A stretch of 64,000 nucleotides of DNA from Selaginella moellendorffii (Eukaryota > Plantae > Lycopodiophyta): positions 1,626,851 to 1,690,850 of the forward strand of contig NW_003314274.1 of the NCBI RefSeq assembly GCF_000143415.4, in the 5' to 3' direction. Below are positions 35,610 to 47,746 of this stretch, in pieces; the first letter of the stretch is position 1, and every line of letters starts with the position of its first letter. Made by a program: the position numbers and the translations under genes. The notes under the pieces were generated by a model. The model did no database searches. It saw only the letters and a program-made list of their open reading frames with translations, and was not told where the DNA came from.

Positions 35610-38001
35610 ATGTACTCCGTGTCACAAGCGCAGCAATCGCAGAGCCAGCCCCAGCAGGCGCAGGTAGCCGCGGCCCAGGCGGCCCAGCAGCAGTTACAGC
35701 TCCAGCAGCAACAGTTAGAGTTGCAGCAATGGAAGCAAGCGCTAATGCAGCAAGCGGCGGTGCTCCAGCAGCAGCAGCCATTCCTTCATCCTGGTCTCAT
35801 CACGGCTATGTCCCAGGTACGTGCTGATGCTTGGCTCTCTCTTTTTTTTGGAATTTTAGTTGCCATAGCTCTTGGCTTCGTGCTTGATTGTTTCTCGCTA
35901 TGTTTTTATGACGATCCACTCTGTTGCAGGCTAAGGTACAACGAGATTCTTGTCTTTGGTAATCGTTTTTCGTTCTTTTTTTTTTTTTCACTGCTTTCGG
36001 TTCTTCTAAGTTTTTTTTTTTTCCTTCGTTGTTCTTCGTTTTCCTTTCCCCGAGAGAGGAAAGCGAGCTCTTTTAGTATTGGTTTTGTTCTTTCTTTTTT
36101 TCTTTTCTTTCTTTTTTTCTGCATTTCCTTTCATCGTTTTTTTTGCAGATTGAGCCAATTCCAAGTGGAAATCTGCCACCAGGGTTTGATGCAACTTCTT
36201 GTCGCAGTGTGTGAGTGCTTTTCTTTTTTTCTTTTTTCTTTTTTGTTGTACCAATTCAGGTATCTGTTTTCTTTTTTCAATTTCCTTTTTCTTTTTTCCT
36301 TTTGGTTGTTTATTAACTTAAAAACTATGCTGAGCTTGGGCCGTCATTGCTTTGGTTGCGGAATGATTTTGTTTCTAGTCTGATGTTCATTCCTGCTGCA
36401 GATACGTTGGTAACATTCACATCAAAGTAACGGAAGCGTTGCTTGCGGAGGTTTTTGCAACAGTTGGGCCTCTCGAAGGTTGCAAGCTTATAAAGAAAGA
36501 AAAAGTTAGTTCTGGTTTTGTCTCTATCTTGCCCTTATCACTAACGGTATTTCGTTACCTTGCTTGGCAGTCCTCTTATGGTTTTGTCGATTACTTCGAT
36601 CACAGATCAGCTGCCGCTGCGATCATTACCCTCAATGGCAAGCTAATGTAAGCGTCTCTCTTCCTCTTGCTGGCACTAAACGAAAACTTGATGGAACAGA
36701 TTTGGGCAGTCCATAAAGGTGAATTGGGCTTATGCCAGTGGGCAGCGAGAAGATACTACAGGTTGTACTTTTAATTTTTTTTTCATTTCTCTGAGATTAT
36801 CGTCTGTTCAGGACATTACAATATTTTTGTGGGTGATCTTAGTCCTGAGGTCACAGATGCAACACTCTACGCTGCTTTCTTCATGTATCCTGGTTGCTCG
36901 TAAGTGTTAATATGGTTTCCTCCATTCCATCTTTGTATAACTTTTATTTCGCAGGGACGCTCGGGTTATGTGGGATCAACGATCTGGCCGCTCTCGTGGA
37001 TATGGTTTTGTGTCATTCAGGAGTAAACAGGTGCTTACACTCCATGCTCAACGGCTTACAACCGCTCAATTTTTTTGTTATTATAGGAAGCAGAAAGGGC
37101 TATCAATGAGATGAATGGTATGCGGAAGAGATTCTTTACTTTGAATGGTTTTATAGCCTCGTTTATTTTATGTAGGGAAGTGGCTTGGCAGTCGTCCTAT
37201 TCGCTGTAACTGGGCAACAAAAAGCACAGGATCGCAGGAGGACGTACCAACACCAGGACCTGTTAGCGTACCTGAGCAGGTTGCTGTTGTTCAAGTACAA
37301 ATGAAACAAGAGCCCAATCACGATGAACAACATGAGGATGGGGCTATGCAATTAGATGGTCCTGAAAACAATCCACAGTTCACGACAGTATACGTTGGTA
37401 ATTTAGCGCACGAGGTCAGTTGAAGGACATAACAGTTACAGTGGTTAAGACGTTTTGTGTTTTTAATTTTCCCAGGTGACACAGACAGAGTTACATAGAC
37501 AATTCCATGCTTTAGGTGTTGGAGTGATTGAAGACGTAAGGGTGCAGAAAGAGAAAGGCTTCGGTTTTGTACGCTATAGAACACACGAAGAGGCAGCTTA
37601 CGCTATTCAGGCAGCAAACGGGAGAGTGATCTGCGGGAAGTCCGTCAAAGTAAGAAAAATGTTTTCATTCGGCGTCTCACAATCTTCGTTTTCTCGTACA
37701 GTGCTCATGGGGAAGCAAGCCTACACCAGCTGGAGCATCGTCGAATCCTTTGCCTCCACCACCACCAGTTGCTCTCCCGTTGCAAAGCTTGATGGCTGCT
37801 GGGATGAATCAAGCATACTCCGCGGCGGACTTGCTGGCGTACCAAAGGCTAAGCCAATCCAGTGGAACGGGACAGGCGCTGTTACCACTTCCTCAGCAAG
37901 GAACAAGCGGTTCTCGAGTTTTTGATGGCATCCAGCCGAGTGCTGCAGCGGCAGCAGCCTCGTTGGCGGCAGCCATGGGCCAGCAACACATGTTCTACTG
38001 A
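35610..38001 (+). CDS. UBP1: Oligouridylate-binding protein 1 (TIA-1-like, 3 RRMs); multi-exon
   Basis: Q-rich N-terminus, HPGL...Q|[18 protein letters not shown]|[69 protein letters not shown] at 37999-38001. Confidence 0.93.
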
Positions 38002-39261
38002 AAGTAAGCTCTAGTTCTTTTACCGCATTTGATCTCAATAACTGTGGACTTTGCTACGTTTGTTTTCAGGAGCGTTGTCCAGCATTTGTGGCTGCTGCCT
38101 GCACTGATAGGTAGCTCTAGCAGCTTATTTGTACGTCCTTTTTTCTTTTCTTTTTTTCGTTTTTTCGTTTTTCTCTTTTCTCTTTTATTCTGGTTTGTAT
38201 CACTAACCGAAGAGACTAATTTGCGAGTGATTGAGTTTGCTCTCTTTCTCTTTTCTTCTACCAGTATAGGAAAAGGTGAACGAAAGCGAGCCTTGATAAG
38301 TTGCGACAAAGAGACTGTCGAGTGGACAGTTTGGATAGCGCAGCTCAGTTCTTCTGGGAGCCATGGATTGAATGCGAAGATGGCGACTTTACAACACATA
38401 GCTACTACTATACATGAACAGCCAGCGCGGAAAATAGAAAGAAGAGCACGCTCGTTTTCTCGATCGAAAAGGCTTAAATGCGAAACGGGAAGAAGCTCTC
38501 GCTATAAATGCGTGCTGGTTTTGGATCGATCCGATCGGATCCCGCCAAGATTCCCAGAGATTCCCTGGAGAGCTGGTAACGGCAGCGTGTAATAAGAGGG
38601 ACATCCGTTGGAGAGTTCCTCAGCAACGGCCGAGATCGTCGCTGGCGGCAATGCCGCCCATCCTAGCCGTTGAAAAGCGATTGAGATTAGTGAACCATAG
38701 CTTTTTTGGCATCGAACAATGCTTTGCAAAGAAATTGATCAAACAATTTGCACGGGTTGAGTAAAATAAAGGGAACATCATCAAACATTGAGCGGACGAT
38801 AGCGATGATCGTCGAAAGCTACGTGTATTTGCAAGATGCGGGAATCTTCCTTGGTGACGTCCGTGACGGGTCTCCAACAGCCAGTACCGGCAGTAGCCGG
38901 TGGGCGGCATTGGCCCAGACGGGCGGTGACCGCTGGCGCCGGTGCTTCCTCCCCCCTGTTTTTTGAAACTAAAGTGGAGAAGCGCTGGGCGCTGGCTTTG
39001 ATTCTTTTTTTTTCTCTCTTCCTTCCTTCGAGGAGCTCTGGTCGATGCTATGGCGCGCGTCGTGGAGGCGCCGGAGGGCGGCGGCTTGTTCTAGCGGATC
39101 GCTGACGCTGTAGCATTTGGAAAGGAGCTATGGGGATCGATCTGTGTGTGAGCTAGCGGCATTGATCGAGGTAAGCACGGCGTAGCGAAATATCGCTCCC
39201 AGCGGTGGTTAAGGCGCCGCTGGCCATGGATCGATGACCCTGGAGGAGTATCGAGATCTCG

Positions 39262-41331
39262 ATGGAAAGCAGCAGGCTGTGGTGGGGAGGAAGAGCCGGA
39301 GTGCTCATCGGCTTCTTGTTCTTGGCACATTTGGCAAGCGGGCTGAGACCACTACTACCCTATGGCACCGAGTTCGTGAAGAATCCCACCGGCTTGTTAC
39401 GGAGGTCTCTCGAGGATGGGGCGTTTCCACCAGATTTCTCTCCAGCCTCTGGGCCTTCTCCGCTGCCACAAGAAGCCTCGTCAATTAGTCCATCTGGGGG
39501 TACTTTGCAAGGTTTGTGATTCTATATTTTTTTTTCTTTTGCGAAGCTCGATGTATCCTTATCCAAATTTTCTTTTCTTTTTTTCTTCCAGCTCCGATCG
39601 GTGCTAGTGATAGCGGACACAGTGATGGTGGTGGCCATCACATGAGAAAGGGTGTCCTTGCCGCAATCATCCTCGTGCCCACGCTGGTTTGTGCCTCTAT
39701 ACTTTTGTCTTCCTACATTTCGCTGGATTCTCTCCGACCCCGGCTAGCGAAAGTTTTCGGGAAAGATGAAGGCTATTCCGACCCTCCAACGCCTCTGCCC
39801 CCTTATCGTAAGCTTTTCCTGATTGTGAAGGTGGAGCTGACTGGATTCTGGCAAATGTAGATGGCGGTGGGGGTCCAGTTCAAATCAAAACGAAGCGTTC
39901 CGATGAACCGGCAAAGCCAGCTCAAGTTATGGATTACAAAATGCTGGAAAGTGCCACTGACAGATTCAGCGAGGAGAATCTCATCGGGGAGGGTGGATTT
40001 GCTCGAGTGTACAAGGCCCAGCTGGATGATGATCATGCCATCGCAGTGAAGAAACTATCCACCGAAAATGATCAGGCTGACGAAGAGTTCCGGGTTGGTA
40101 TCGTACATTATTTGTCCGAACGACTCTGATGGTTGCTGTGACTCTTTTTGCTTTCTTTCAGGCCGAGATTAATCTCATGGGGCGAATTCATCATCCCAAC
40201 TTAATAGCTCTTCTTGGTTTCAGCTCGCAAGGAGAAGACCGACTTCTCATTTATGAGTTGATGACAAATGGTTCACTGCAGGACCAGCTTCAAGGTGAGA
40301 GGACTGAGCTCCTCGTACCATTTCCTTTAACTTTGTGGCTTTCTCCAGGGCCTGCCCAAGGAGCTGCTCTCACCTGGCATTTACGCCTCAAAATTGCCCT
40401 TGACGCAGCCAGGTTGGTTTCCAATTTGAACTTCGCTTTCCGGCATGACTTTGTTTATTCGTAAAGTGCAGAGGACTTGAATACCTTCACGATCACTGCG
40501 ATCCACCAGTCATCCACAGGGACTTTAAATCTTCTAATATACTCCTAGACGAAGACTTCAATGCAAAGGTTCGTCGCCATGTCAATTCGAAGCTATATGT
40601 TTACATTTTCTTGCCTTGTTTGTTTACTTGCAGCTATCCGACTTTGGTCTTGCTCTGATGGTACAAGAAGGCGCCGGCAGCCTTCAACTGCAAGGCACAT
40701 TTGGCTACGTTGCTCCAGAATACATCCTCACTGGTCAAGCCTTGTGAATTTTTTTATCTTTCTTTCGCTGTCACCTCACCTTCCTTTGAAAACGCAGGAA
40801 TTCTCACGGAGAAGAGTGACGTCTATGCATTTGGCGTTGTGCTTCTGGAGCTCATCACCGGGAGAAAACCCATTGACGTCTCAATGCCAACAGGGTGCCA
40901 GTCGCTTGTGACATGGGTATGACGTCTCGAGATTTTCCTCTTGCGGAGACTTTCTGTGTATCAACCTACTGCCACTTGCAGGCCACGCCGCAACTGACCG
41001 ACCGCACCAGGCTTCCCCTCATTGTGGATGCTGCGATCAAGGATACTGTCAACTTGAAGCAACTCTTCCAAGTAAGTGCGCTTCCTCTTTTCGGTTTTGG
41101 TTTGTTTGTTGCCAGTGCTGGCTGACTTGATGATTCTAACGCAAGATTTGTGTGTAGGTCGCTGCTGTTGCTGTTCTATGCGTCCAGTCGGAGCCAAGCT
41201 ACAGGCCTTTGATTGGAGACGTGGTGAACTCTCTGATCCCGCTGGTCCCTTGCGAGCTGGGTGGTGCTTTGAGGGCGATTGATCCGGCAGGAGCCACTGC
41301 GGCAAACTCCCACTCCCAACACGGCGTGTAA
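39262..41331 (+). CDS. Receptor-like kinase with short ectodomain (At1g80640/At2g25220-like); multi-exon
   Basis: Signal peptide, S/P-rich ectodomain, [21 protein letters not shown], kinase motifs [32 protein letters not shown]-terminus [39 protein letters not shown]. Confidence 0.9.
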
Positions 41332-41549
41332 AACAAAGGATGTGAGTAACCATGCGTAGAATGCAACAATTTTGTAGAGAAGCATGGCTATATGAATTAT
41401 TCCAGCTTTAAATAAAGACTATTCTTAATTAATTCGCCTCTAATGCACTTAAATTGGGGTTAGGGTACTTCGTCACCGTCGATCAAACGCGATCCCAACC
41501 GTCTATGTTTACCCGTTAGGGAGAAGCTAGGTCAAAAAATTGGCGAGCG

Positions 41550-42485
41550 ATGGTGGCGTGCGAGTTTGGGGAGGACGACTGTGGTGAGCTCCTCAAGCTG
41601 TACAGGCGGGGTGAGAAGCTGGGATCTGGCGGCGAAGGGCAGGTCTATTTGTTGAGTGCTCGTCGCAGGGCTGGCAAGAAGTATGCGGGGAAATCAGTTA
41701 AATCGATGTGGAATGCCGAGAACGAAGCTCGACTCATGTCCAAGCTTCGAGTCTGCCCTGGAGTCGTCGCCTTTGAGGATTTCGTGAGGGAGAGAGAAGG
41801 TGGGAGGTGCTATGGGACTATCGTTATGGAACTTTGCGGCCCTAGCTTGGCAGAGCGATTGATCCAGGGCGGGGCAGTGACTGAGGAAGAAGCAGCCAAG
41901 ACTATTAAAACGCTAGCAGAGACACTCAAGTGGATGCACTCAAGAGGGGTCGTCCACCGCGATCTCAAGCCTCACAACATCTTTGAGAGGCTCAACGCCA
42001 CTGCAGTGGACGAAGTGGTGATTGGAGATTTTGGCATGGCCACGGACAAGCAGTGGGATTAGCAGCAGTATTGTGGAACAGCAAAGTACATGGCACCTGA
42101 GGTGGTAGCGGTGAAGAGTGATAGAGCCGAAGGACCACGAGCGAGTTACACGGCAGCCGTGGACGTGTGGGGGCTGGGAGTCATTGCGTACGAGCTGCTG
42201 AGTGGGTATCGATCGAGAGTCGAATTTGATTTTCTGAGAGCAGGAGCATTCCCGAGTGATTTGGCGTCGTGTGAAGCAGAGGATCTCATCCAGGGAATGC
42301 TAGCTGTGGAGCAGAGCAAGAGGGTGACTCTAGATGCCGTGCTTGCACATCCCTGGATTGTCAAGCATTGTGGTAGTGGGGAGATCTTAACAGCGATGCC
42401 ACACAGGAGGAGGCATTGTGGAGTAAAGAGAAAGTTTTCTGGCACCGGTGGGGATTTGATCACGAAAAAAATTCTTGCGGGATAG
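41550..42485 (+). pseudogene. Intronless CAMK-group (PPCK/CDPK-like) Ser/Thr kinase with one in-frame TAG
   Basis: LGSGGEGQVY, HRDLKPHN, DFGMATDKQWD*QQYCGTAKYMAPE, DVWGLGVI. The two ORFs are in the same frame, separated only by TAG 42060-42062. Confidence 0.8.
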
Positions 42486-42839
42486 CTGTGAAAGCAAGTC
42501 ATCCGGTAAACACATCGTTTTCTTTCAAATTTTTCTGAGCAGTCGGAAATTAACTCATAAGTTTGGCTTAATTTTTCCTGAAATCGGTATTGCAGATGGG
42601 GCTGAGAACAATGATCTTGAAGACATATATGAACAACATACAAAGAATAGAAGAAAAAGAAAAGAAGCAAGAGCATTGGTAATGCTTTAGCATTGAGCTT
42701 CCAAAAAAATGTTTATTGCGGTGGAAGACATTTTGAGAGACAGCCTTCCACCATAAAATTCAGTATATAAAGAAAGAAAAATTCAAAACCAAAGATGAAC
42801 TCTAGCGGCGGATTTTGACGAAGGCACTGCAATCCACAC

Positions 42840-43200
42840 CCGAGCTTCAAGCCAGGAATCGCCGCTCCAGCACTCGCGAGCTTGCACGCCAAGTGTGGGA
42901 GCCTGGATGCTGTTCGAGAAGAACCGCGGGAACGCGATGGTTGGAGGGAGGGATGGAGTGGTGCTCGCGTCGTGCTCCTGCGCCGGGGCTGCTCGAGCGG
43001 GGGATGTTCTACGCGGGCTGGCGGAGCCGCGAGCACGGGGAGGCGGTGGAGAGCGAGCTGCTCGGGCGGTGTGGGAGGCTGGGCGAGGCCGAGGCGCTGC
43101 TCCGCAGTATGCCGCTGGAGCCCGATGGGTGACGCACAAGAGGAGGTGATCCGCGCGGACCGGGTGGGATCCTGGCGACGCTGCGACTTACGTGCTCATC
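42840..43200 (+). pseudogene. PPR (PLS/E-class) fragment
   Basis: HAKCGSLD, VLASCSCAG and ELLGRCGRLGEAEALLRSMPLEPD in shifting frames. Confidence 0.75.
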
Positions 43201-43544
43201 GAGCGCGGGAATTTTTGTGGTCGGGGTTAGGGTTCTAGGCTGGGTCGAGGATGGGGAAAGCGGCGCCAATGCGGCAGCAATCGGTGGAGATCGAGGCCCT
43301 TGGATCGCTTTTCCAGGGCCCGTGGGAGAAGAGGTACTGCAGCAGCTCTCGGGATTGTGGCCGATACTCTGGAGGTTATTTCACGTACTCTGGAGGTATT
43401 TCACGTGAGAGAAGAAGAACATAATTCACCGTAAGTACAAATAGCTTCCTCATGAAATGCAGTGAGAATCTCATTTTTTTCTTTTGACGCAGTCAGCAGT
43501 CATTGCTGGGATCCAACCCAGAAGAAAATCAAAACAACTCGGAC

Positions 43545-43851
43545 TTGACTTGCCAGCATGATATCTCTGCTACTTCCAAATGCCGAACGTGATCCGAAGG
43601 CCGAACATTTTGCGACTGCCGCAATGAGATGCCTTTTGATAACAGGAGCTCTTTCTTTAGTCGCTGCTGGAGATGAAGGTTGTATCAAAGAATGGCGCAT
43701 GGATCCGTCTTGGAGGTAGTCGGTTTTCACGTTGCTCCAGTGGAGCTTGTGGATGTGCTCCGGGAGCTGGAAGAACAGTTTCTCCGGGCTTCCGAGGCTG
43801 GAAAGCCAGTGGTGAGAATGCTGGAGGCGGGCAAAGTCCAGCTCGAGAAAG
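43545..43851 (+). pseudogene. Chimeric fragment: copy of the 3' end of the gene at 63601-64000 followed by a DUF632-like exon
   Basis: 43581-43648 is a near-identical inverted copy of 63593-63657. 43700-43851 encodes LVDVLRELEEQFLRASEAGKPVVRMLEAGK, resembling the DUF632 start motif, and ends at a GT donor. Confidence 0.6.
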
Positions 43852-44598
43852 GTAAGGTGTATTTCCTTGCATTATTCACGTCCTATGCAGGCATTCTTTG
43901 TATGAAACAGATCTCCCTCCTGCAAGATATAACCCCAAGACTTTCCGGAGCATTTTAAAGATAAATCGTTCCTCAAGCACCTCACCTTGTTCTTGGATGT
44001 GACATGGATGGCTACGTTGCAATCTGGTATTTCTAACTTCGGTTTGCAGTTGTCCAAGAAACTCACTCTCTTTTTTATTACATCTTACAGGAATATCTCC
44101 AAAAAGCAGCTGCTTTCTTCATGCCACAAATTTTGCAGACATTCACGTCGTCGATCGTTCTTTGGTGGATGGTTTCATAGATCGAGACTACGATTGTTGT
44201 GTCTGCCTTCTGAAAAATGTTAAAGACGATGCGAAACGTCAGAACCACTGGAGAATGGCCCTGCTAGAGAATAATGCCTTGTTTGTTGGCAGTGATCTTG
44301 CAAACAGGTATGCAAATCTACTGGAACTTTTTGTTCATAACATTATGCTCAGCACCCGTTGCTGGCACTGACGAGGGGCGAGTTTTTCTTTGGGAATTTT
44401 CCACCGGAAAAAGAGTGGTTGAAATGTTTGAGCAAGGTATGAGATTCTTGTTTTTCAAGTCAAGCGTGCAATGTAGAATCGAAAATCGTACAAGTGAAAA
44501 CTACAACGTCGTCGCGTTTGCTGGCAACTGTTGGAGAGGATGGGCGTGTTGTTCTGTATGTGTAGGAGGTATAGTAATATAAGTTTGTAACTCGAGCT

Positions 44599-46125
44599 TC
44601 ACTTTCCCTTAACTTTCAGTTCGGAATCTGAAAGGAGCGCTTCAGCAGCTCGTCTCCCTGACAGAAGTGCTCCGTCGAAAGTTGCTGAGACTCGATGATC
44701 TCCGCACAGGTACAAACCTGCATCAACTTTTGGTTCTTTAGAGAGGTTGGTCGGCGGAGTCTGATCGGGTTGAGCAAACAAGATCCTGTATGTCTTCAAG
44801 TGCTGCCACTTCGCTACTGTTTCCCGCCCAAACCATTCCTCAAGCTCGGACCTCACTATTTTCTCAAGCTCGGCATCTGAACTGGCGGAATATCTTCCGA
44901 TCAATGTTACCGAGACGAGAGCTTTTCCAACAGGGGCATACGAAGAGCAGACGCTGCTGGGAAAGCACATATTGTTGATGACGCCTTTGTCAGTGCCGTT
45001 CAAGAGCAGGACAGCTTCCTTGATTGGGGCTCTATCGGCAGAAAAGTAGAGGCAGACAGTGCTGCGAGCAGGCTTATCGGTGCTTTCGCAAGCTGTTTTG
45101 CTGCTCAGCAAACGAGCTGCTTCCGGACCTTCGACTGCCACTATTATCCCGTACTTGGACTTGACAACCTTTCCAGTATCAAGTCTCACCTTTGAAACTT
45201 TACCGTCTTCTCCGACAAGCAGCTCTTGTACTCGGGAGTTCAACTTGATTGATTCGTCTGGAAGGCTTCGAGCAAGCTGCTGTGATATTTCGCCGATGCC
45301 TTTAGCGGGAAGGCAATTCTGTCCCAGAGCCAGGCACTTGAAGACGAAGTTAAAAAGCCGGGACGTGGTTTTCAGCTCTCTGTCAAAGAAGATGCCACCG
45401 AAGAACGGTCGGAAGAATCGATCTATCATCTGCGAGGAAAAGCCGTCGGCCTTCAACTTTTCTCCGATCTCTACTTCAGGTGCCGAGACAAGTTTCTCAA
45501 ATGGTTGTGATGCTGCTTGAAGCCTGACAATGCCGACGAGGATTTTGTCCAGGACAGTACCAATCGGATTACCAAGCGACAGTATGCCGTCGACCAGGTG
45601 CCGGAACGGGTCTGCCACTTTGTGAAAGCGTCCGTCAAACCAGACAAAGGCTCCGGCATAAAAGTTCTTGAGCTCCAGCGTTTGGTAGTCGAGAACTTCT
45701 GCAGCCTCCGGATATGCGGATATGAAGATCTGGAAGCCCCTGTCCAGGACGTAGCCTTGGACGGTGTCACTTCTCACTCGACCTCCAACTCCATCCGACG
45801 CTTCAAGGAGCTGGAATGTGACGCCTTCTTTGTGCAAGCGTCGTGCTGCCGCGAGACCAGCAAGGCCTGCTCCAACTATTACAACGTCAACCTCTGGAGG
45901 AGAAACGTTGTCAGCAGATTCAGATGCTCCATTCTCAGTTTTCCAAGGCTGGTCGACCGTCTGGACTGCTCGCAAGGAACTCGGGGATGGCTTAAGACGA
46001 GAGCAAAGTGCTACTTGGTCGTGGTGGTGCTGTTGCTGTACCTGGAAGCGGCAATTCGGATAGAGTGGGGATTCCCATCGACTAGGTGCCAAGGCTGCCA
46101 GGGCCACAGGTAATGTGATCGCCAT
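44599..46125 (-). CDS. FAD-dependent oxidoreductase / flavin amine oxidase family (At3g09580-like), plastid-type N-terminus, intronless
   Basis: VVIVGAGLAGLAAA dinucleotide-binding motif, LEASDGVGGRVRS, DRGFQIF, C-terminal LCGDH...GALLSGRRAA. Confidence 0.9.
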   Translation of the reverse strand: MAITLPVALAALAPSRWESPLYPNCRFQVQQQHHHDQVALCSRLKPSPSSLRAVQTVDQPWKTENGASESADNVSPPEVDVVIVGAGLAGLAAARRLHKEGVTFQLLEASDGVGGRVRSDTVQGYVLDRGFQIFISAYPEAAEVLDYQTLELKNFYAGAFVWFDGRFHKVADPFRHLVDGILSLGNPIGTVLDKILVGIVRLQAASQPFEKLVSAPEVEIGEKLKADGFSSQMIDRFFRPFFGGIFFDRELKTTSRLFNFVFKCLALGQNCLPAKGIGEISQQLARSLPDESIKLNSRVQELLVGEDGKVSKVRLDTGKVVKSKYGIIVAVEGPEAARLLSSKTACESTDKPARSTVCLYFSADRAPIKEAVLLLNGTDKGVINNMCFPSSVCSSYAPVGKALVSVTLIGRYSASSDAELEKIVRSELEEWFGRETVAKWQHLKTYRILFAQPDQTPPTNLSKEPKVDAGLYLCGDHRVSATFDGALLSGRRAAEALLSDSELKVKGK

Positions 46126-46217
46126 ACTCTAGTCACTTCGAAAGTTTTTTTTAAAGATGTTCATATTGACGGCTTGGATTGCAGGACGAGATCCAACGGG
46201 GGTGTTTTGGGAGTAGA

Positions 46218-47746
46218 ATGAGCAGCGCCCTTTTCCTGCGACTTCCCATTCTAGCGCGTGCAGGTGAAAGTTTGAGGCGCTGTGCTGCTCGCTCCGGAGT
46301 TCGAGCTTTTGCAAGCATGCAGTCAGATGCAAGGAAACCGCCTTCGCAGGCTCCACAGGAGCCTCCGACTAGCAAGGTCAGTGGAAGTTTTATTGTATCG
46401 GGATGCCCTCGTCACGTTATTTTTGGTTTTTGTGGCAGTTCAAGCTCGCCGTTTGCCAGCTCTCGATCTGTGCAGACAAGGAACAGAACATCAGGCATGC
46501 TCGTGAAGCTATCCAGACGGCTGCTGATGGCGGCAGTAAACTGGTCCTTCTTCCAGTTAAGTTTTGTAGTTGTCTGCTCAGTCATAAGGAGAATGTGTTA
46601 CAGGAAATGTGGAATTGCCCATACTCAAACGCGAGCTTTCCAATCTACGCGGAGGATATTGACGCAGGTGATTCTCCCTCTTCCAAAATGCTTTCGGATA
46701 TGGCAAAGAGTAAGGAGGTTACCATCATCGGTGGCTCCATACCGGAACGAAGTGGCAATCATCTCTACAATACTTGCTGCATCTACGGAAAAGATGGCTC
46801 TCTAAAAGGAAAACATCGGAAGGTTTGCTTTTCTGACGCGTCGTCTACGGTTTTTCTCAGCCCTCTTTCACACCAGGTTCACCTTTTTGACATCGATATA
46901 CCAGGAAAGATACAGTTCAAAGAATCGGACACACTGACGCCTGGAGATAAGTATACTGTTGTTGATACGGGTAAGGTCTTGCAGGCATTACGACAAGAAA
47001 AAAAAAACTCACATTGCTCATTGACGTAGATGTTGGACGAATCGGTGTTGGTATTTGCTATGACATTCGCTTTCCGGAGATGGCAATGACTTACGCAGCA
47101 CGAGGTACGAAGAAGGCTAGCCAGGTAGCTGCAGTGTATTAAAATTTATGTTGGTACCAGGCGTACATATGATCTGCTATCCGGGAGCTTTCAACATGAC
47201 TACGGGACCAGCGCATTGGGAACTCCTCCAGAAAGCCAGGTAACTCATTGTTTCTTTCTTGTTGGCTGCGGAATTTACTGGCAACGTTTTTTTTTTTTTT
47301 GTTTTTTTTTTTGTTTTTTCAATTTCCAGAGCCGTAGACAATCAGGTAAGTGTTTTTGATGTTTTGTCTTTCTTACTCTTTTTTTTTCTAGCTGTTTGTG
47401 GCCACTTGCTCACCAGCCAGAAATCCAAGCGCGGGATATGTTGCATGGGGACACTCCAGTGTCATTGGACCGGTAACATCATGCTGTTTTATCAATGCTT
47501 TTCTCAAGCTGTCTGATTTTTTTAGTTCGGAGAAATACTGGCGTCAACAGGACGTGAAGAGGCGATTTTCTATGCAGACATCGACTATGCTCAGATCAAG
47601 GAACGCAGGTGCTGTTCTTGTTTCTGGCATAACGGAGGTTTCTCAACCATTTTCTCTTTTCCTTTCCCGTTAGGATGAACATGCCTCTGGACCATCAGCG
47701 AAGAGGTGACTTGTATCAGCTCGTCGACTTGACCTTCACAACATGA
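46218..47746 (+). CDS. Omega-amidase (NIT2/NLP3-like, nitrilase superfamily) with transit peptide; multi-exon
   Basis: [12 protein letters not shown]|EMWNCPY, KHRK|[24 protein letters not shown] (Glu-Lys-Cys triad), [29 protein letters not shown] at 47744-47746. Confidence 0.93.
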
